From IMG/VR virus record IMGVR_UViG_3300030503_000396: 64,000 bases of DNA; one strand, 5' to 3'. Numbering within the stretch: position 1 is the stretch's first letter; every line of letters starts with the position of its first letter. The position numbers were made by a program, and so were the translations under genes. The notes beneath the pieces were generated by a model that saw only the letters and a program-made list of their open reading frames with translations, did no database searches and had not been told where the DNA came from. Below are positions 58,881-64,000 of the stretch, one piece after another. Source of the DNA: an uncultured virus (IMG/VR IMGVR_UViG_3300030503_000396). Lineage: Duplodnaviria > Heunggongvirae > Uroviricota > Caudoviricetes.

Positions 58881-59120
58881 TTAAATAGGCTTAAACCTAT
58901 GATTATTTTGTATAATAGCAATTGGTTTGTTACCCCTGTAACAGGTAATATAGTCTATACGCCAAGATGAACCAGTGCTTACAACCTCAACAACTTTTCC
59001 TACGTAGTCAAAAAGAATATTTGATTGAAATTTAATGTGTTCAAATTTAACAATGCCGCCTTTTCTTACAAGGCGTTCACCACTAAACAAAGACCCCTCG
59101 CTACCTCTTTTATCTGCCAT
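58881..59120 (-). CDS. Hypothetical protein
   Basis: ORF. Confidence 0.55.
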   Translation of the reverse strand: MADKRGSEGSLFSGERLVRKGGIVKFEHIKFQSNILFDYVGKVVEVVSTGSSWRIDYITCYRGNKPIAIIQNNHRFKPI

Positions 59121-59201
59121 GCTTATTGCCTATATAAATTAATAATAAACCAATTGGTAAACATAGTATCATAAACCATATAAATATAGATTGAAGCATG
59201 T

Positions 59202-59576
59202 TTAACGTTTTAATATTTCTTTAATTCTACTAACAAATATTTCTTTAGTATAGCTATCCGATGTGCTATTAATTTCTTCAAAAGTATTTCTATTAACCCG
59301 TTTAGCTAAAACAAATGGATTATAGCGTTCATCAGACGGGTGATAATGCTTTATACCAACCTTATGCACCTTATATGTAAATTCAGTTCCCATAGTAAAA
59401 ATAGTACCAACGCTTATTTTATTATCTACTAAATACATAAAACAATGCTCCATCTTAGAGACAAGCAGTCTTTTATTCGCTATAATATCATCTTCTAATT
59501 TATCTTCAATTGATAGATATTTTTCGTAATCATCAAAGACTGCCTGTTTGATTAAATCACTAACTTTTTTGCTCAT
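59202..59576 (-). CDS. Hypothetical protein
   Basis: ORF. Confidence 0.6.
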   Translation of the reverse strand: MSKKVSDLIKQAVFDDYEKYLSIEDKLEDDIIANKRLLVSKMEHCFMYLVDNKISVGTIFTMGTEFTYKVHKVGIKHYHPSDERYNPFVLAKRVNRNTFEEINSTSDSYTKEIFVSRIKEILKR

Positions 59577-59781
59577 TTGGATTTATATAATATTTATCAG
59601 GCTGTATGTAGTGACCCTGATTGTTATACCCGCTACTTGTTGAAAGCCTAACTTCGTTGTCTTGTTGTTTTGCTATTTTTACAGCATCAGACCAAGATAT
59701 TACACCTAAATAGGTTTGCGGTGTTTCACTCCATGGTTGATATGGAACTTTAACCGTCATGTAAGTTGCTTCTTTTTTCAT
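59560..59781 (-). CDS. Hypothetical protein
   Basis: First gene of the leftward operon. Confidence 0.6.
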   Translation of the reverse strand: MKKEATYMTVKVPYQPWSETPQTYLGVISWSDAVKIAKQQDNEVRLSTSSGYNNQGHYIQPDKYYINPNEQKS

Positions 59782-59926
59782 AATAACGTTTTTTTAATTT
59801 GCCTTGATTGACAATACAAGTATAGGGAGTATTTTTGATATTAAGAAATTTATTTGTAATTTTTATTATTTTTATTTTAAATATAAAAATAGTATATTTG
59901 CACGTAACAAAATAAAAAATATAATT

Positions 59927-60403
59927 ATGACTGTAATTTATGAAATAAAATGTCCAAAAACTGGATTCCTGTTATATGTAGGAAGATCTATTAGTTTTGA
60001 GGGAAGAAAAAAAGAGCACATGCAGGGGTGCTTTGGATATATTGGTAAGTATATAAAAGCCCTTACATCTATTGGTGAAGATCCTATTTTTGGGCAACTT
60101 GAAACATGTGAAGATGAAGATGCCAACGAGAGGGAAGGGTTATGGATAGAAAAACTTTCTCCGTTGCTAAATATAGCTACATCTGGCAATGTAAGCGTAA
60201 AAAGACGACACAATAAGATAAGAAAAACAAAATATCCATTCAATAGCATAAAAGTTGGTGATACGTTTGAAATAAATTCAGAAGATTTTAATTCGATGTC
60301 TACATCGTTGCGTGGGTTCAACTCGAGACATTCTACAAAAATTCAACTTTCAGCAAGTGATAGTTTTACAGATGGTAATTTAATAATACAAAGAATAAAA
60401 TAA
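59927..60403 (+). CDS. GIY-YIG nuclease-like protein with a C-terminal KYPF domain
   Basis: VIYEIK...LYVGRS...R..EH...E..WI...PLLN; TATATTTG promoter at 59893. Confidence 0.7.
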   Translation: MTVIYEIKCPKTGFLLYVGRSISFEGRKKEHMQGCFGYIGKYIKALTSIGEDPIFGQLETCEDEDANEREGLWIEKLSPLLNIATSGNVSVKRRHNKIRKTKYPFNSIKVGDTFEINSEDFNSMSTSLRGFNSRHSTKIQLSASDSFTDGNLIIQRIK

Positions 60404-60482
60404 TTTTTTAAAATAAATTTGCACATCTCATTCCTACCCCTTACCTTTACAAAACTTTAAACGAAAGAAAAACTTAGCGATT

Positions 60483-60848
60483 ATGAGAGACAAAGAAAAA
60501 ATTAACCACTGGCCTTTAATAAATAAGGCTATTAATATTTCAGTTAAAATTCAGAACAAAGGATTAGCAACTGTATTTTTTGATTTTAGTGGTCACGTAA
60601 ACAAAATATCTTTTAGGATTTATGAGCCTGTTTATTATGACGGAGCTTCGTATGAAACCATTGAATGCTATGTGGGATATGAAGATTCGGAAAAATACAT
60701 ATTAAATATAATATCACGCCTGCAATCTATATGCAGGAAAAGAGCTATTGATGAAGTTAAGCAAAAACAAATTGCCGCTAAGCTAATATTAGATACTAAA
60801 AAAGCGCAATACGAACGGCTTAAAAAAGAATTGGAAGAAACTGTTTAA
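60483..60848 (+). CDS. Hypothetical protein
   Basis: VFFDFSGHVN motif. Confidence 0.65.
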   Translation: MRDKEKINHWPLINKAINISVKIQNKGLATVFFDFSGHVNKISFRIYEPVYYDGASYETIECYVGYEDSEKYILNIISRLQSICRKRAIDEVKQKQIAAKLILDTKKAQYERLKKELEETV

Positions 60849-60938
60849 GTTCTGCTAAGTCTTTAGCAGTCGGATTAGCCCACCGTAACGGGTTTTTACA
60901 TAACCACCCTCATTTCGCAGGGAAAAGAAAAAAGAAAG

Positions 60939-61346
60939 ATGAAACTTGAAGCGAAGCACTTTGCAAAAGATAGGTTCTATGTACCAACGCATAGTTCAAG
61001 GCAAGTAGGTTTATATAAGCTACTAATTAAAAGCCGCGGTATTGCACCTGAAATAGTGTGCGAATGCTTAGATACATATTTTGACTTATATCTTAAAAGC
61101 CAATTCGCGCCCGAAAGAATGAGCAATAGTGAAAAGAAATATTATACACAACGTAGGATTAAGGCTTACACAATTGAACATGCAAGCGGAGATAACTTTG
61201 ATAAATTTTTAAAAATTGTTACTGAAAAAACAGGACAGACATTTAAGACCAAATTCAAGAAACGCAGAAACGCTTATGATGATTGGTATGCCGAAGCATC
61301 AATGGATGGAACGCTTGCATATTCAGGAGTAACAGACGATTTTTAA
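60939..61346 (+). CDS. Hypothetical protein
   Basis: ORF. Confidence 0.65.
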   Translation: MKLEAKHFAKDRFYVPTHSSRQVGLYKLLIKSRGIAPEIVCECLDTYFDLYLKSQFAPERMSNSEKKYYTQRRIKAYTIEHASGDNFDKFLKIVTEKTGQTFKTKFKKRRNAYDDWYAEASMDGTLAYSGVTDDF

Positions 61347-61393
61347 CCCCCGCCAATTAATTGTATTGGCGTTAAGAAGAAAAAATTAAAACT

Positions 61394-61606
61394 ATGGAAA
61401 ATATAGAAGATAAAAAATATAAACTAATTATGGCTCTTCAAAAAGAGCGTGATTGGTTTGCTGAAAAAGGTAAAAGTACATGGGATCACGATTATTCGAT
61501 ACATTATTTAAGGACAGGTGAAATACATGGGGACTTAGAAAAATGCGAAATATTAGATGCTGCAATTAATGATTTTGATTGCCTTTACCACGACTATTGT
61601 AATTAA
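61394..61606 (+). CDS. Hypothetical protein
   Basis: ORF. Confidence 0.55.
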   Translation: MENIEDKKYKLIMALQKERDWFAEKGKSTWDHDYSIHYLRTGEIHGDLEKCEILDAAINDFDCLYHDYCN

Positions 61607-61628
61607 CCTAAAAAATCAGAGCGCAAAA

Positions 61629-61925
61629 ATGAAAAAGACAGGGAGTGACACATATACAGCATTACGGGTTGATAATGGATTTAGAGTAGCCGGATATTAC
61701 GTATTCAGCCGAGGGAAACACTACATTCTTGAATCATATAACGATAATGGTTATGATGAACGTTGGGAAACCTCTGAATGGATAGAGGTTAAAGAAGAAA
61801 GCGTAATTAACTTCAGGGCTAAAGAACTCGAAACCGTATTAACCACCATTAAAGATAACGTATTGGTTAATTATAAAAAGGACAATACCATGTATAACTT
61901 GGCTTATAACACCCTTAAAAACTAA
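61629..61925 (+). CDS. Hypothetical protein (YopX-like N-terminus)
   Basis: ALRVDNGFRVAGYY...IEVKEESV. Confidence 0.5.
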   Translation: MKKTGSDTYTALRVDNGFRVAGYYVFSRGKHYILESYNDNGYDERWETSEWIEVKEESVINFRAKELETVLTTIKDNVLVNYKKDNTMYNLAYNTLKN

Positions 61926-62294
61926 CCCCCGCCATTACTTTTGTTGTATTGGCACTAATTGAAAAGAAAGATATGAAAACTTACAAAGTATCACCAATAG
62001 CATATCACAAATTACGTGTAATGCTTTCAGGTTTGGTTTTTCACAGAGTTGATGAACTGAACAATCATTTTATAAAACCGTTCAAATCGGTAGAAAAATA
62101 TGTAAAACTTGCAGGAGGGGTTGAGGTATGTTAAATGCTACGTACGACCTAACAGAAAAAGATTTGGCGGTTTTAAGGTATCGTCAACTCCAAAGCGAAC
62201 AAGCCGCCTGGAACATCCAAAGGCAACAACGCAACCCGAATTATAAGCCGCTCTTTAGTTGGCGGAGGGTGAATATAGCGAGGAGGGTTGTATA

Positions 62295-62618
62295 ATGGGA
62301 GAAATAGCAGACATGATGCTTGACGGCATATTAGATGCCAATGGCGAATATACAGGGCGTAATTATGGGCATCCTGTTTACCCTAAAGGGTGGTTTGGGA
62401 AAAAGAAGTTTGTAAATTCTGCACCGGCTGTTTTTAAGGTACAAAACTTTATGTCACAGCGTGGCATCCCTAAAGGCGAACAACAAAAGCAAGCACTTGA
62501 AGATTACAAGTCACATGTAGGTTGTGAAAGACCTACTAACCACACTTATAGTAATTGGCCTATATTCAAAGCATTTATAGATGGCAGGATTGGATATATT
62601 AAACCTTCGAAACTTTAA
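62295..62618 (+). CDS. Hypothetical phage protein
   Basis: MGEIADMMLDG start motif. Confidence 0.65.
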   Translation: MGEIADMMLDGILDANGEYTGRNYGHPVYPKGWFGKKKFVNSAPAVFKVQNFMSQRGIPKGEQQKQALEDYKSHVGCERPTNHTYSNWPIFKAFIDGRIGYIKPSKL

Positions 62619-62622
62619 AACA

Positions 62623-63015
62623 ATGGAAAATAAAACAGAAAAACCGATAGCGGTAAAACTAATTAACGAAAGTGAATTTGATGTATTTAAGGCTTATTAT
62701 GGTAAAAAATCGTATTATGTAGGCGATATTGAATCGTATAATCCTTTATACCCTTTGTTTTATTTTAGCGGGAAAACAATACAATGCGCTTCAATCGATA
62801 GTGGGATTGGTAAAAGTTCAGTAATACTAAGTTTAGAAAACATTTCATCTTTAACAGGCATTCAATTACCTAAAAATGGGATAGAGTTAGATTTGTCTGG
62901 CATGAAAGCCATAGTCAAAAAAAATGAAGTTACATTTGAACTTCACGGTCATAAACAATTATTGTTTAAAAGCGAAATTAGTAAGGTTATGGCTGCCTTT
63001 GCATCATTTGGCTAA
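62623..63015 (+). CDS. Hypothetical protein
   Basis: ORF. Confidence 0.55.
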   Translation: MENKTEKPIAVKLINESEFDVFKAYYGKKSYYVGDIESYNPLYPLFYFSGKTIQCASIDSGIGKSSVILSLENISSLTGIQLPKNGIELDLSGMKAIVKKNEVTFELHGHKQLLFKSEISKVMAAFASFG

Positions 63016-63192
63016 CTCCCTTTAACCCTTTTCAGGGGTTGAAAGGTGTGGGAAAGAAAAAAAGAAAGGAGGTTAAGGCAAAAAAATACTTTAAAGTGCT
63101 ATTGATTAAAGTCGCTATTTTAAGACAAAAAATATCAATGCACTCATTAATGATTAATTAACTAATATTTCAAATAATAAAAAAACATTAAA

Positions 63193-63996
63193 ATGAGTAA
63201 TTTAGAAAAAATCACAAGTAACGCTACAATAATAAAATTACAAGATAGCGTTTCATCCGTAGTATTAGCGGAACAATTGCAGGGCTTTGAAAAAGCATAC
63301 CTTGTTGCAAGCGCAGCAGGGGAACTTAAAAAACTTCTTAATGATGAATACATGAAGCCTATAATGGCTTTACAAGGGAATCGTTTAGGCTTTAAGACAG
63401 ACAAAGATAAGACCGGCGGATACTCTTTAGAGATAGTTAAAAATTGCTTGATAGAAGCCGTTTTAATGGGTGTTCAGCCTTGCGGAAACCAATTCAACAT
63501 TATACAAGACAATTGCTATCTAACAAAAGAGGGGTTAGGTTATTTGCTTAAAAAAATTCAAGGTTTATCTTATGATATTACGTTTGAACTACCACGGGTA
63601 AACTCTCAAAAAGATGGAGCTGCTATTAGTGCTAATATAGAATGGACTCTTAACGGAATTAAAAAAACAAAAACATTTGAGATACCGGTTAAGATGAATT
63701 CTTTTATGGGCACAGATGCTGTAATTGGTAAGGCTACACGCAAGGCTCGCAAGTGGTTATATGATACAATCACAGGGTCTGAAATTCCTGAAGGGGATGC
63801 TTTTGACCCGGAAACCCCAAAAGGGTTTAATACTTCAAGAGAGCAAGCCCCGGAAACAGTTGCAAAGGAAAACGAACGTTTTGCCTTAATGGTTGATGAC
63901 TGTAAAACGTTAGCCGAATTGGAAACTTTGCGGGATAGTATCAGCAATGATATTCAGAACGATTTGTTTAACCAACAACTTAACGCTTTATCCTAA
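63193..63996 (+). CDS. RecT/Red-beta-like single-strand annealing protein (putative)
   Basis: LIEAVLMGVQP..NQFNII..NCYLTKEG core, KATRKA, disordered linker and helical C-terminus. Confidence 0.5.
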   Translation: MSNLEKITSNATIIKLQDSVSSVVLAEQLQGFEKAYLVASAAGELKKLLNDEYMKPIMALQGNRLGFKTDKDKTGGYSLEIVKNCLIEAVLMGVQPCGNQFNIIQDNCYLTKEGLGYLLKKIQGLSYDITFELPRVNSQKDGAAISANIEWTLNGIKKTKTFEIPVKMNSFMGTDAVIGKATRKARKWLYDTITGSEIPEGDAFDPETPKGFNTSREQAPETVAKENERFALMVDDCKTLAELETLRDSISNDIQNDLFNQQLNALS

Positions 63997-64000
63997 TGAA

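Noticed and set aside
1..64000. Stop-codon reassignment as in some crAss-like phages
   Set aside because: Core genes are full length in the standard code and TAA, TAG and TGA all end genes
1..64000. Integrase or prophage boundaries
   Set aside because: No recombinase, host genes or att-like duplication of the tmRNA 3' end was seen

Overview
The window is most of a tailed dsDNA phage genome, probably infecting Bacteroidota: it has repeated TTTG-N19-21-TAnnTTTG promoters and A-rich, Shine-Dalgarno-less start contexts. From left to right it carries: a replication/recombination block (pentapeptide-repeat protein, DUF3987 protein, BT4734/VirE-N primase-like protein, iteron-like repeats, VRR-NUC); a leftward operon of small genes containing a hammerhead ribozyme; a crAss-like podoviral virion module (GroES-like protein, terminase, portal, scaffold, major capsid protein, ring proteins, split muzzle protein, cupin, ejection proteins, PurD-like ATP-grasp enzyme); leftward accessory islands including a compact tmRNA; a signal-peptide-bearing beta-helix protein; lysis genes; a C5 methyltransferase-like gene; HNH/GIY-YIG nucleases; and a RecT-like gene. 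The most notable observations are missing from the ORF track: lysine-rich mini-proteins overprinted in the +1 frame inside two ejection-protein genes, an acidic 40-aa peptide coupled to the ATP-grasp ligase, several structured RNAs, and two solenoid repeat proteins that vary only at a two-residue slot. All calls come from reading the sequence and recalled family motifs; no searches were run.
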